From positions 29,368 through 93,367 of the IMG/VR virus record IMGVR_UViG_3300020118_000164: a stretch of DNA of 64,000 nucleotides; one strand, written 5' to 3'. A program made the translations under genes and the position numbers. Below, in pieces: positions 1-8,443 of the stretch. A model generated the notes under the pieces. The model did no database searches and was not told the origin of the DNA. It worked only from the letters and a program-made list of their open reading frames with translations. Source of the DNA: a virus. Every line of letters starts with the position of its first letter. The first letter of the stretch is position 1.

Positions 1-24
1 CACGCTTGGCGGCGGAGGCCATGG

Positions 25-204
25 CTAGTACTCGTTCTTCAGGAGCATGACGATGAGCCAGTACGCCCCAGCCTGCTCCGCGAGGTACTGGATTCCCTCG
101 GTGTAGAGGAGGCTCGTGAAGTTGCGGAAGTAGCGTTCCGTTCCGCTGAACTGCCGGAGCGATGTGGTGAGGTCGGCCGGTGAGGCGCTGCCCTTGGTGT
201 CCAT
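25..204 (-). CDS. Short DUF6876-like protein (59 aa, not in ORF track), apparently internally deleted
   Basis: Manual translation MDTKGSASPADLTTSLRQFSGTERYFRNFTSLLYTEGIQYLAEQAGAYWLIVMLLKNEY; the LxQFxGTE..LLYTxG.QYLAE.AGAYWL motif; promoter directly upstream. Confidence 0.6.
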   Translation of the reverse strand: MDTKGSASPADLTTSLRQFSGTERYFRNFTSLLYTEGIQYLAEQAGAYWLIVMLLKNEY

Positions 205-210
205 GGGGAT

Positions 211-239
211 ATAGTACGCACTGCGGACTAAGAAGTCAA
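211..239 (-). promoter_or_regulatory. sigma70-like promoter TTGACT-N17-TACTAT, leaderless into ATG at 204; contains operator class B
   Basis: -35 at 239-234, -10 at 216-211, ATG 7 nt downstream. Confidence 0.7.
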
Positions 240-259
240 TGGGTAATTTCTCTTTGGTG

Positions 260-658
260 TCAATGACTTAGGATTTGCCTGGCGGGAGTGAGGTCATCCG
301 CTGCCTTCGGCGCGCGTGGTCGCCAAAGACTCCAGCCGAGCAAGGAGCCGGCGAGTGCGCTTAAGGTCATGATCGTAATGACCACCTCTGGCACAGGGAT
401 GCCGAGCCACCGCGCCAGGAGGGAGGCGAGGAAAGTTCCATGGCTATGGGCGCCGCTGAGGCGGAGCGAAAGCTCCTGCAAGGGGCATCCGCCGCAGAGG
501 ATTTGGCTCAGCACCGTCACGGTGACCATCGCGATTTGAAGACGATGAAGCCGACCGCGCGGCCAGAAATAGATCGCCACGCAGAGGGTGACCTGCAAGA
601 TCACCCAGGCGAGATGGAAGACGTCCACTGCGCGGGCGAGGTCGGGGTGTATGCCCAT
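260..658 (-). CDS. DUF2784-like membrane protein
   Basis: Hydrophobic helices, H-x-x-W and CPLxxL motifs. Confidence 0.55.
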   Translation of the reverse strand: MGIHPDLARAVDVFHLAWVILQVTLCVAIYFWPRGRLHRLQIAMVTVTVLSQILCGGCPLQELSLRLSGAHSHGTFLASLLARWLGIPVPEVVITIMTLSALAGSLLGWSLWRPRAPKAADDLTPARQILSH

Positions 659-665
659 GGACAGC

Positions 666-695
666 AGCCTAGCACCATGCTATGGTAGGCGTCAA
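666..695 (-). promoter_or_regulatory. Promoter TTGACG-N18-TAGGCT with operator A at 674-686
   Basis: ACCATGCTATGGT palindrome in the spacer; ATG at 658 directly downstream. Confidence 0.7.
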
Positions 696-1206
696 GGCCC
701 GGCGTTCGCGTAGTGCGGCGCGCGGCGTGATTGAGGGGAGTATCACCACGATGGCACCGACGACCGCGCCAAAAACCTGTGGGGCGCTCTTTCAACAGTG
801 CATTGACCATCTCCTGCCCATACCGATGACGCCGCTCCAGTTGTTCGCTGCCGGTATGGTCTACGGACAGGCTGAGAAGGTATATCTTGGGGCGTGCCAA
901 GCATCGATGTTTCGACCATCCGCCGAGCACCGGGCGTGGCACCTCGAACTGACGCGGTATATATGCGACCTGATGGATCTGCGCCTGGTCACCGCGTTGC
1001 GCTTCGAGATCTCCGACGAGATATGGATATGCCGCCCAGGGGCCGAGCGCATACTCCGTGAATGTCTAGAGCGCGACGAGGTCAACTCGCCGGCCTGGCA
1101 TACCTTCCGGGGGTTGATGACCGGGGTACCAATGGATGAGGTGGACATGGAATTTCACCGACGCAGAGGCTTCGGGCTTCCGTGCGATCGGGTGACGCGA
1201 ACCTAA
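682..1206 (+). CDS. Hypothetical phage protein (true start probably downstream)
   Basis: ORF whose stop overlaps the next ATG (TAATG). Confidence 0.5.
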   Translation: MVGVKARRSRSAARGVIEGSITTMAPTTAPKTCGALFQQCIDHLLPIPMTPLQLFAAGMVYGQAEKVYLGACQASMFRPSAEHRAWHLELTRYICDLMDLRLVTALRFEISDEIWICRPGAERILRECLERDEVNSPAWHTFRGLMTGVPMDEVDMEFHRRRGFGLPCDRVTRT

Positions 1207-1661
1207 TGACCGATGCACTCGCCCTCCGCACCGCTGACGCCATAGCGGAGTTGTGCCTAAGCGGCAAGCTCGACAAGCAAGGCCGCCCGCTGATTGAGCA
1301 CGTCCGCCGAGTCGCCGCGGCGTGCGCTGGCCTCTCACTAGATCAGCGTCTCGCCGCCCTTTTGCACGAGTGCATAGAAGACGGTGGCCTAGAATCTCGC
1401 GGCATCAGCCTCATCTTCGGGCACTCCGTTGGACAAATGGTGTGGCTGCTAAGCCGACGCCCCGGCGAACCGTACCTGGAAGCCTACATCCCCGCTATAG
1501 CGCGGCTCTTCCCGGCGGCCATCCCAGTCAAGCTGGCCGACCTCGCCGACAACCTAGACCCCTCCCGCGGCCCGATCCCGGACTCCCTCCGGCGGCGATA
1601 TGAGAGGGCGCGGGAGATCCTGATATCGTCCGCTGCGGAGGATGCCCATGCCGGACGATGA
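1206..1661 (+). CDS. HD-domain phosphohydrolase (small SpoT/Mesh1-like), HE variant
   Basis: DKQGRPLIEHVRRVA, AALLHECIED and VKLADLADN motifs. Confidence 0.75.
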   Translation: MTDALALRTADAIAELCLSGKLDKQGRPLIEHVRRVAAACAGLSLDQRLAALLHECIEDGGLESRGISLIFGHSVGQMVWLLSRRPGEPYLEAYIPAIARLFPAAIPVKLADLADNLDPSRGPIPDSLRRRYERAREILISSAAEDAHAGR

Positions 1662-2688
1662 ACAGCCGTTACTTTTCGACCTCCCGCCGGAATGGAGGTC
1701 GAAGTGGGAGGGGATGCCGGACTTTGAGCAGAGAGACCAAGAGGCGTTCGACTCAATCACCGTCCATTTCCGCAATGATGATGACCGCCGAGCATTCCTA
1801 GCGCTCCTCGGTGAGCACCCCATGCGCCGACGCTCAATCTGGTATCCGCGGATGGAACTTGTAACGCAGAGTGAAAGAAACGCCGCGCCGACCACTGTCG
1901 AGCAAGGCTCCTATCCAATCTATGTCATCTCCAAGGGCCGATGGGAGTGGAGTCAGCGGCTCACTTGCCGCGCGCTTGATAAGCTCGGGATTCCTTATCA
2001 CCTGGTCATTGAGCCGCAGGAATATGATAGCTACGCGGTCATACCGTGCCGCACGGGCGTGATCCTAACGCTTCCGTTCAGTAATCTCGGAAGCGGCTCA
2101 ATCCCTGCCCGGAATTGGGTTTGGGAGCATTCGGTCGCGAGTGGAGCGCGGCGCCATTGGATTCTCGATGACAATATGGACGGCTTCTATAGGCTGAATG
2201 AGAACCTAAAAACCAAGGTCATCGACTCAAACCCATTCATTCCTGTTGAGCAGTTCGCGGATCGCTATTCTAACGCCGCCATGGCGGGGATGAACTATGA
2301 GTTTTTCGCAAACCGGAGGAGCAAGAAACCGCCGTTCTATCTCAACACGCGGGTTTACTCCTGCATTCTAATTGACAACAACATTCCCTTCCGCTGGCGG
2401 GGTCGGTACAATGAAGACACGGACCTATCCCTTCGCGTGCTTAAGGCGGGTCTCTGTACGGTGCTTTTTAACGCACTCCTCTGCAAGAAGATGCCCACGA
2501 TGACCATGGGCGGCGGCAACACCGCGGAGCTTTACAAGGATGATGGTCGGTTGCTCATGGCGCAGTCTCTCCAGGAGCAGCACCCGGACGTGGTGACGAT
2601 CACGCGCAAATGGAATCGCTGGCAGCACCAGGTCAACTACAAGCCCTTTAGAAGGAACAAACTGATCCCCGTTGAGGAGGTGACCTGA
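1642..2688 (+). CDS. GREB1/TET-associated (TAGT)-like glycosyltransferase, putative DNA modification
   Basis: YPIYVISKGR, ARNWVWEH, HWILDDN (DxD-like), NTRVYSCILI, WRGRYNEDTDLSLRVLKAG, MGGGNT; N-terminal WEGMPDFEQ extension. Confidence 0.8.
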   Translation: MPMPDDEQPLLFDLPPEWRSKWEGMPDFEQRDQEAFDSITVHFRNDDDRRAFLALLGEHPMRRRSIWYPRMELVTQSERNAAPTTVEQGSYPIYVISKGRWEWSQRLTCRALDKLGIPYHLVIEPQEYDSYAVIPCRTGVILTLPFSNLGSGSIPARNWVWEHSVASGARRHWILDDNMDGFYRLNENLKTKVIDSNPFIPVEQFADRYSNAAMAGMNYEFFANRRSKKPPFYLNTRVYSCILIDNNIPFRWRGRYNEDTDLSLRVLKAGLCTVLFNALLCKKMPTMTMGGGNTAELYKDDGRLLMAQSLQEQHPDVVTITRKWNRWQHQVNYKPFRRNKLIPVEEVT

Positions 2689-2891
2689 TGCCGGGTAGAA
2701 CGCGCGGTAGCTGCCGATTTGAGACCTACTACCAGGTCCAGGTGCGGGATGAGATGAGCGCCGCATGGAAGACCGTCAAGGGCAACCACGCGACTGAGAA
2801 GGCGGCTCACGCCGCCGCGCCGGCCGGGAAGTACCGGGTCGCCACGGTCTCTGAAGCGGGGCGCTCCTACTCCCCGATCCAGAATCGCTAG
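2688..2891 (+). CDS. Hypothetical protein
   Basis: TGATG coupling to the upstream gene. Confidence 0.5.
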   Translation: MPGRTRGSCRFETYYQVQVRDEMSAAWKTVKGNHATEKAAHAAAPAGKYRVATVSEAGRSYSPIQNR

Positions 2892-2945
2892 GCCGACCAA
2901 TTGCGCGTGCGAGGGAGATCTTGATGGGAGGCTAGATTTCCCCTC

Positions 2946-2974
2946 TTGACTCACCCCTCGCCGTTGCTATAGCT
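2946..2974 (+). promoter_or_regulatory. sigma70-like promoter of the replication operon
   Basis: TTGACT followed 16 nt later by TATAGC with an extended TG. Confidence 0.55.
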
Positions 2975-3009
2975 TTTCCTCCTGCGCTACCCGTGCAACA
3001 GGAGGGGAG

Positions 3010-3249
3010 ATGGCTGACCTTTTGGAGTTGTCGCGCAACCTTGACCCTGAGCAGTCCGTCCGCGGAGTCCCTCTTGGTTCCGGTGTGGCAGGACGGAACC
3101 TCGCCGTCATCGAGGAGATGCGATCCCGCGGCTTCACCTGGAGAGAGATCTGCAAGTTCCTGTCCGACCATGGCGAGTATGACGGCCGACCAGATGGCCT
3201 CCGCACCTGCTACGTCGCCTACAAAAAGGCTGCCGGGCGGAGAGGGTAG
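3010..3249 (+). CDS. Small putative HTH DNA-binding protein
   Basis: GGAGG RBS; IEEMRSRGFTWREICKFL HTH-like pattern. Confidence 0.5.
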   Translation: MADLLELSRNLDPEQSVRGVPLGSGVAGRNLAVIEEMRSRGFTWREICKFLSDHGEYDGRPDGLRTCYVAYKKAAGRRG

Positions 3250-3259
3250 CAACGCGCCT

Positions 3260-4243
3260 ATGAGCCGTATGCGCACGCGCCTGATTGAGCCCGGATTCTT
3301 CCAAAATGAAGACCTCGCCGCCCTACCGCCGTTCGGTCGTCTGCTGTTCGCGGGATTGTGGTGTCTCGCGGATCGGGAGGGCCGACTAGACGACAGACCG
3401 CCCAAAATCCGGGCGCTTCTCTTCGCCTATGAGGAGGTTCCGGTTGATGAACTCCTCGGCGGGTTAGCCAAGGCTGGCCTTGTGACGCGGTATGAGGTAG
3501 GCGGCCGCAAGTACCTGCAAGTCAATAAGTTCCTCGAACATCAGAAGCCTCATCCCCGCGAAGAAAAATCCATCATCCCTTCCCCAGGGTTAGCCAAGGT
3601 TAGCCCTGGGCCAACCTTGGACACGCCAAGGCGCGTGGTATTAGTTTCTGTTTCTAATTCTGTTTCTACTTCTTCTGCGTCGAGCCCTGCGGACTCGACG
3701 CCGGAACCGGAACTCTTCAAGCTCGATACGCCGCCGATCCCAGAGCCGGTGCTCGTGTTCCCGGCGAAGGGAGAGCCGAAGCAATGGCACCTCACCCCTG
3801 CGAAGCTCGCCGAATGGCAGGGGACCTTCCCCGATCTCGATGTCCTCGGCACATGTCGGAAAGCCCTCCAGTGGTTGCGTGACAACCCACAACACGGGAA
3901 GACCGCCAAGGGTATGACGAAGTACATTGGGGGTTTTTTGGGGCGCGAGCAGAACGACCCGCGTAGCGCCCTCCGGCGGAACGTCTCACGCGGCAACGGC
4001 AACGGCAATGGTAGGGCTCACGAGCTCACCGCCGAGGAACAGGGCCGGTGGTACAAGCTCATCAAGCGGGGCCGGGTTGGCCTTGCTGACGGCCATGTGC
4101 CGGGGTGGCGCGACTGGCTCGATGAGCTAGAGACGGTGCCGCAATCGGCGGGCGCCGATGCGCTCTCGGCGAAGCTCGACGAGCTGTTCGCCCGGAAGCA
4201 TGCGGCCGAGACGGCCCACGGTTCCGAGGTCGCGCATGGCTAA
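3260..4243 (+). CDS. Phage replication initiator protein
   Basis: R.R.I.PGFF.NEDL...RLLF.GLWCLADREGRL.DRP..I N-terminus; Ser/Thr linker over an AT-rich tract; lies upstream of DnaB. Confidence 0.8.
   Translation: MSRMRTRLIEPGFFQNEDLAALPPFGRLLFAGLWCLADREGRLDDRPPKIRALLFAYEEVPVDELLGGLAKAGLVTRYEVGGRKYLQVNKFLEHQKPHPREEKSIIPSPGLAKVSPGPTLDTPRRVVLVSVSNSVSTSSASSPADSTPEPELFKLDTPPIPEPVLVFPAKGEPKQWHLTPAKLAEWQGTFPDLDVLGTCRKALQWLRDNPQHGKTAKGMTKYIGGFLGREQNDPRSALRRNVSRGNGNGNGRAHELTAEEQGRWYKLIKRGRVGLADGHVPGWRDWLDELETVPQSAGADALSAKLDELFARKHAAETAHGSEVAHG
3585..3677. repeat. Candidate replication origin (iterons plus AT-rich unwinding tract)
   Basis: GGTTAGCC/CCAAGG repeats followed by T-rich TTTCT repeats inside the initiator gene. 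Confidence 0.55.
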
Positions 4244-5567
4244 CGCATCCATCGTCCTCACCCTTCCGCAGCCAAGCCTGCCGGAACACGAGAACTCCCT
4301 CCTCGGCGCGCTCCTCCTGTTCCCGGAGAAGCTGAAAGAGGTGGAGGATCTCTACCCGTCCGACTTCTACGGCGAGCGTACACGCATACTGTTCCAAGCG
4401 ATGCTAGACCTCGATGCAGACGGCGAGCCGATAGACCATCTCTCACTCAAAGACCGAATCGGCGAGGAGGTCTGGGAGCGGATCGGCGGGTACGCATGGC
4501 TTTGTGCTCTCGATCTCGACATGCCTGACGTAGGAAATCTGCCGGTTTGGTCGAAGGCGATTAAGACAGCCTCGGCGGCGCGAGCGGCGGCGTGCGTCGC
4601 ACTTGATCTCGCGCGGCAGGTAGGAGGTAAGGGATCGCTCGCGGACGCCCTCGGGCTCGCGGCGGAGCGGCTCGAAGTCTTGCGCGATGGACTTCCTGGC
4701 GCGATCCGCACCTGGTCATCACTCGGGCATTCCCCATCCGAGGAAGAGTTACTCGCCCCGTACACCCCCGAGCAGCTCGCGTTACAGGTCAAGACGGGAC
4801 TGCCAACCGTAGACGCCGCCGGCCTCATGGGGCCTTCGACCTTGAACCTCATCGTCGCGAGGACGGGTGTCGGCAAGACGGCGCTCGCCCTCCAGATCGC
4901 CGCGCACAACGCAATCACGCGGCGCCTCCCTGGCGGATATGTCTCGCTTGAGATGCCGAAGAAGCGCCTAATACAACGCATCATTGCGGCTCGTGCGCGG
5001 GTGGACTACACGCACATTCACACACATCGCCTGAGTGACTATGAACGCGCGGACTGTTCACGGGCCTACCAGGAGATTCAAGGCGCACCACTATTCTTCG
5101 ATGACAGACCATCGCTGACGGCGGGACAGATTGGACTCGCGATTCGGCGCCTCAAGATCGAGCACCGAGACGCGGCGTGGTTTGTGGTGGACTACCTGAG
5201 CTTGATTGAGTTGGAGCGGCAGGATGTTCGCCGGCCGGACCTGCCACTAGCGAAGATCGCGGAGGGGTTAGCGAGTTTGGCGCGGCAGCTAGAGATCCAC
5301 ATTACGCTATTGTGCCAGCTCTCGCGGCGCGGCGAGCAGGAGAATCGCGAGCCGATCTTGACGGACATCAGCGACAGCGATGGACTCGCGAAGCCCGCCA
5401 ACAGCGTGCTAGCCGTACATCGCGGCTATCGCCAGGATGAGCCGGGCGTGAGGGATGACATCGGTTACGTCACGACGCTCAAGCACAGAGATGGACCGCA
5501 GCCGAGAGTCAAGATTCGGTTCCTTGGCGCCTTCCAGACATTCCGCGAGGAGACGGGAGATCGATGA
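4236..5567 (+). CDS. dnaB: Replicative DnaB-like helicase
   Basis: N-terminal E..LLGALL/DFY domain, Walker A ARTGVGKT, SLEM, VVDYL, LCQLSR, KHRDGP. Confidence 0.92.
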   Translation: MANASIVLTLPQPSLPEHENSLLGALLLFPEKLKEVEDLYPSDFYGERTRILFQAMLDLDADGEPIDHLSLKDRIGEEVWERIGGYAWLCALDLDMPDVGNLPVWSKAIKTASAARAAACVALDLARQVGGKGSLADALGLAAERLEVLRDGLPGAIRTWSSLGHSPSEEELLAPYTPEQLALQVKTGLPTVDAAGLMGPSTLNLIVARTGVGKTALALQIAAHNAITRRLPGGYVSLEMPKKRLIQRIIAARARVDYTHIHTHRLSDYERADCSRAYQEIQGAPLFFDDRPSLTAGQIGLAIRRLKIEHRDAAWFVVDYLSLIELERQDVRRPDLPLAKIAEGLASLARQLEIHITLLCQLSRRGEQENREPILTDISDSDGLAKPANSVLAVHRGYRQDEPGVRDDIGYVTTLKHRDGPQPRVKIRFLGAFQTFREETGDR

Positions 5568-5739
5568 CCGACGAAGAAAGAGAGGCCGATTTCCGTTGGC
5601 AGGCTATGCGGTCCATGAGCGAGAGTATCGCGGCGCGGCAGAAGGCCGGTGCCTCGCCGGATGAGTTGCTCACCCTCGCGGAGGAACGGCTTGCGCTGGC
5701 CCGCGAGTTTCACGGCGTGGCGCTGAAGGATTCCGCGCG

Positions 5740-6057
5740 GTGAGCCACCTGCCGCTCTTCGACCCGCCGGAGCCAGCACGCGAACAGCGCGCCGCGGCTC
5801 TCGCTATCCTCCCGCCGCCGCCTGATCGCGGACCCTGGGTTCCAAGCGCCCGACAGGACCCCTGCGCTCACGCAGAAGTGTGCGAGGGTTGTGCGGACTG
5901 CGAACGGTGGCGCGCCTTCTTCGTCGAGTGCTCGTGCTGTGGCCGGTACCAGCACGAGCGAACGATGTACGGCACCCGTTGCCGGCTCTGCCAAATCAAG
6001 GCGAAGAATGAGCTAGACCCCGAAACGGAGCGCTTCGCCTGGGAACCTCCATGGTGA
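5740..6057 (+). CDS. Cys-rich (Zn-finger) hypothetical protein
   Basis: Multiple CxxC pairs. Confidence 0.45.
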   Translation: MSHLPLFDPPEPAREQRAAALAILPPPPDRGPWVPSARQDPCAHAEVCEGCADCERWRAFFVECSCCGRYQHERTMYGTRCRLCQIKAKNELDPETERFAWEPPW

Positions 6058-6071
6058 CCGAAATTAACCCC

Positions 6072-6100
6072 TTGACGCGCACCCTAGCATGGTGTACGCT
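6072..6100 (+). promoter_or_regulatory. Promoter TTGACG-N17-TACGCT with variant operator A (6081-6093)
   Basis: ACCCTAGCATGGT in the spacer. Confidence 0.7.
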
Positions 6101-6106
6101 TTCCCC

Positions 6107-6400
6107 CGCGATGAGAAATTCAAGCCTCTACCTCGGCGCCCCCGCAGCGATCTCTGCGGCGGATAGGGGCTCTCGCGTGCAGTGCGAGCGGGGACGCCGA
6201 GGAGAGGTGTCAGCGTGAGGCGCAACCGGGTATCCAACCACGGCGGCGCACGCCCCGCCCCGCGTAGGAAGAGCGGGGCGGGGCCGCGTCGGTACCCGCG
6301 GGGGCTTCGCGAACGGAATGAGACACTCCGATTCGCGCGGTTAGCGGCGCGGCTCAAAAGGGTGAGCGCGACCGCCTGCGACGCGTCGAAGTCTGCGGGT
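6107..6400 (+). ncRNA. Candidate structured RNA or 5' leader (about 290 nt)
   Basis: Long helices: 6125-6145/6188-6207, 6227-6234/6291-6298, perfect 12 bp 6252-6263/6273-6284, 6308-6317/6327-6337. Confidence 0.6.
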
Positions 6401-6707
6401 GAGTGAACGCATGACTTCTTTCGGCCAGGTCAACACGGCCCTGCTCGTCACGGGCACGCACCGTGACGGCTCGGCCCGGATCGAAGTCCGGCAATCCATC
6501 GCGAGCCGAGATCTCCACCCCGGCCAGCGGTTCACGAGCGCGCAGGGCACGGAGTACGCCGTCGCCTTGGATGGTTCTGTGCGCCGGGTCATGCGCCGTC
6601 GAGCCCGCGGGGCGTCGGCTCGGCAGATAAGAATCGCAACCAAGGCGCGGCGCGAGGCGGCGCGGATCGCCGCGAAGAACCAAGAAAGGGTGAGCGCTAA
6701 TGGCTAA
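6399..6707 (+). CDS. Basic hypothetical protein
   Basis: ORF coupled to the next gene; Arg-rich C-terminus. Confidence 0.5.
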   Translation: MSERMTSFGQVNTALLVTGTHRDGSARIEVRQSIASRDLHPGQRFTSAQGTEYAVALDGSVRRVMRRRARGASARQIRIATKARREAARIAAKNQERVSANG

Positions 6708-7029
6708 GAGCACACAGGCAGAACAGGCCCCCGTGGGCCGCAAGCCGCGAGGCCCCAACCGCACCACCTTCTTGCCGCCGGCCACGCTCGACGACGAGAT
6801 CAAGGCGGTGAGCGAGAAAACCGGCGTCCCGATCCCGAAGCTGCGCGGCTACGTGCAGGCTGAAGCGGCGACGCTGCTCGCCGGACTGCGCGGGAAGGTT
6901 CTCGAAATCTACGCCCGCGCGGTCGGCCTCTCCGCAGGCTCGCCGGTCGCCGAATACAAGCGCGACTTCAACCACGGCACGGGCGAGACCGGGCTGTCCG
7001 TGCTGCCAGCCGACGAGCCGGCGAGTTAG
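6700..7029 (+). CDS. Putative ribbon-helix-helix DNA-binding protein
   Basis: RTTFLPPATLDDEIKAVSEKTGVPIPKL pattern. Confidence 0.4.
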   Translation: MAKSTQAEQAPVGRKPRGPNRTTFLPPATLDDEIKAVSEKTGVPIPKLRGYVQAEAATLLAGLRGKVLEIYARAVGLSAGSPVAEYKRDFNHGTGETGLSVLPADEPAS

Positions 7030-7034
7030 GCGGA

Positions 7035-7466
7035 ATGATGCCGAAACACAAACACGTCCACGTTCACTACCATGAACACGGCGGCGGCGAGATTCGAGAC
7101 AAGCTCGACCTCATCCTCGCCAAATTGACCAAGGAGGATGAAGTCATGAGCGCCCATTCCGACGCCCTCGCCGCCCTCGAATCGATCGCCCAGAAGCTAG
7201 AGGGTGACCTCGGCTTGTCGATCGCGGAGAAGCAGTCCCTCCAGTCCCAGAAGGACGACCTCGCCGCACAGCTCGCCGCCGCGAAGGCGGAGGACGACAC
7301 CGAGGCCATCCAAGCGCTGAGCACGCAGCTCCAGGCGCTCGACGCGCAGCTCGCCCCGGCGCCGGCGCCGGCCCCCGCGCCTGAGCCAGTCCCGGCGACC
7401 CCGGCCGCGACCAACCCCGACGGCACCGCGGTCGTCACGACCGATCAGCCGCCACCGACCGCGTAG
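7035..7466 (+). CDS. Coiled-coil protein with His-rich N-terminus and Pro/Ala tail
   Basis: HKHVHVHYHEH; heptad repeats; strong GC3 codon bias. Confidence 0.65.
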   Translation: MMPKHKHVHVHYHEHGGGEIRDKLDLILAKLTKEDEVMSAHSDALAALESIAQKLEGDLGLSIAEKQSLQSQKDDLAAQLAAAKAEDDTEAIQALSTQLQALDAQLAPAPAPAPAPEPVPATPAATNPDGTAVVTTDQPPPTA

Positions 7467-7477
7467 GCTCGCGCGCC

Positions 7478-7758
7478 ATGAGTTGGAGCATCAACATCAT
7501 CGGCAAGCCTAGCGCGGTTGCGGCCGAGCTTGCGAAGCACGCTGAGAGCCTTTCCGGCGAGTCACGCCGGGAGTTCGAGGCGGCTCTGCCATCGCTCGTC
7601 GCCCTCTGCCACGAGAACTTCGCGAACGGCGGCGGCTATACTGAGCCCGTCCTTGTCCTCGAAGCGAGCGGCCACGGCACGGCAGTGCCAGAGACGGCAA
7701 GGATCTCGCTCGGTCGCTTGCTGTCAACCTCCGCCCGATGTACGGCAAGGTCGTCTAG
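7478..7758 (+). pseudogene. Small phage gene frameshifted by a 5-bp duplication (or assembly error)
   Basis: ACGGC duplicated at 7674-7683; removing one copy gives ...ASGHGSARDGKDLARSLAVNLRPMYGKVV ending at TAG 7756-7758. Confidence 0.6.
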
Positions 7759-8405
7759 GCATGAACTCTCCGACGCGGCAGTCACGCAGGGCGCAGGTGC
7801 CCGAAACCGCGGGGACTGCCGCGCCGGAGCTGTTCATCCCAACACGAAAGCGGCGAGAGGAGGACTCGCATACCGCGATTCCGCGGTCGGTGGAAGCCTG
7901 GCTAGTTTCATCTCCCGCGGCCCTCTCGGGGACTACGGCACACACCCCGGACGGGCCGTGTCACAACCCGGAGTCTCGGCGGGGGAGTACCGAGACATGA
8001 ATGGAGAAGGGGCCAAGGTGCCCCTCGCACCGGGGAGCCCGGCACCCTGCGAGTGCACGGCCCGAAGTACCGCAAGCGGACGGCGCGTGAGCCGAAGCGG
8101 TGGTCGTGCAGGGGCTTGGGGTGAACAGCCGAGCGGGCGGCGCCGCGGAGCGGGTGAAAGCCCCGCGTTTCCCTTCGATACACCGAAGGGCGCCGCGCAT
8201 CAGTACCGGCGAGTCATCGGGGGCCGAGCAGCCATCCTCTGGCGGGGCGCTCAGCTTGGGTTGTGCGAGGAGGGGATCGGGTACCTCGCCCAACCGACGA
8301 CTCCGCGCCGCCAGGCCGGAGCGCAACTGCCCACTGCCGCAGGACCGGCGCCGGACCCGACTCGGCGCCGGGCTTCATAATCCCCGCTTCGGGGGCGGTT
8401 TCACG
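7759..8405 (+). ncRNA. Candidate large ornate structured ncRNA (about 650 nt)
   Basis: Continuous nested helices with G-U pairs, AGUA/GAA loop-E-like motifs, GAAA/GCAA/GUGA loops; no credible ORF. Confidence 0.7.
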
Positions 8406-8443
8406 GCGACCGTTAATTTGCCGCGTACTGAGGAGGCTCGCAA

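Noticed and set aside
2993-3259. N-terminal extension of the replication protein from 2993
   Set aside because: The conserved initiator motif starts at 3260, and the region is better explained by ORF 3010-3249 with its own RBS
7478-8380. 300-aa ORF in the track
   Set aside because: Only the first ~68 codons look protein-like; the rest is out-of-frame read-through caused by a 5-bp duplication and overlaps densely paired RNA-like sequence
7759-8405. Group II intron, RNase P or tmRNA identity for the large RNA (GGTGAAAGCC element)
   Set aside because: I could not find domain V, a GUGCG 5' end, RNase P GAGGAAAGUCC or tRNA-like tmRNA ends, and there is no RT/maturase; needs a CM search
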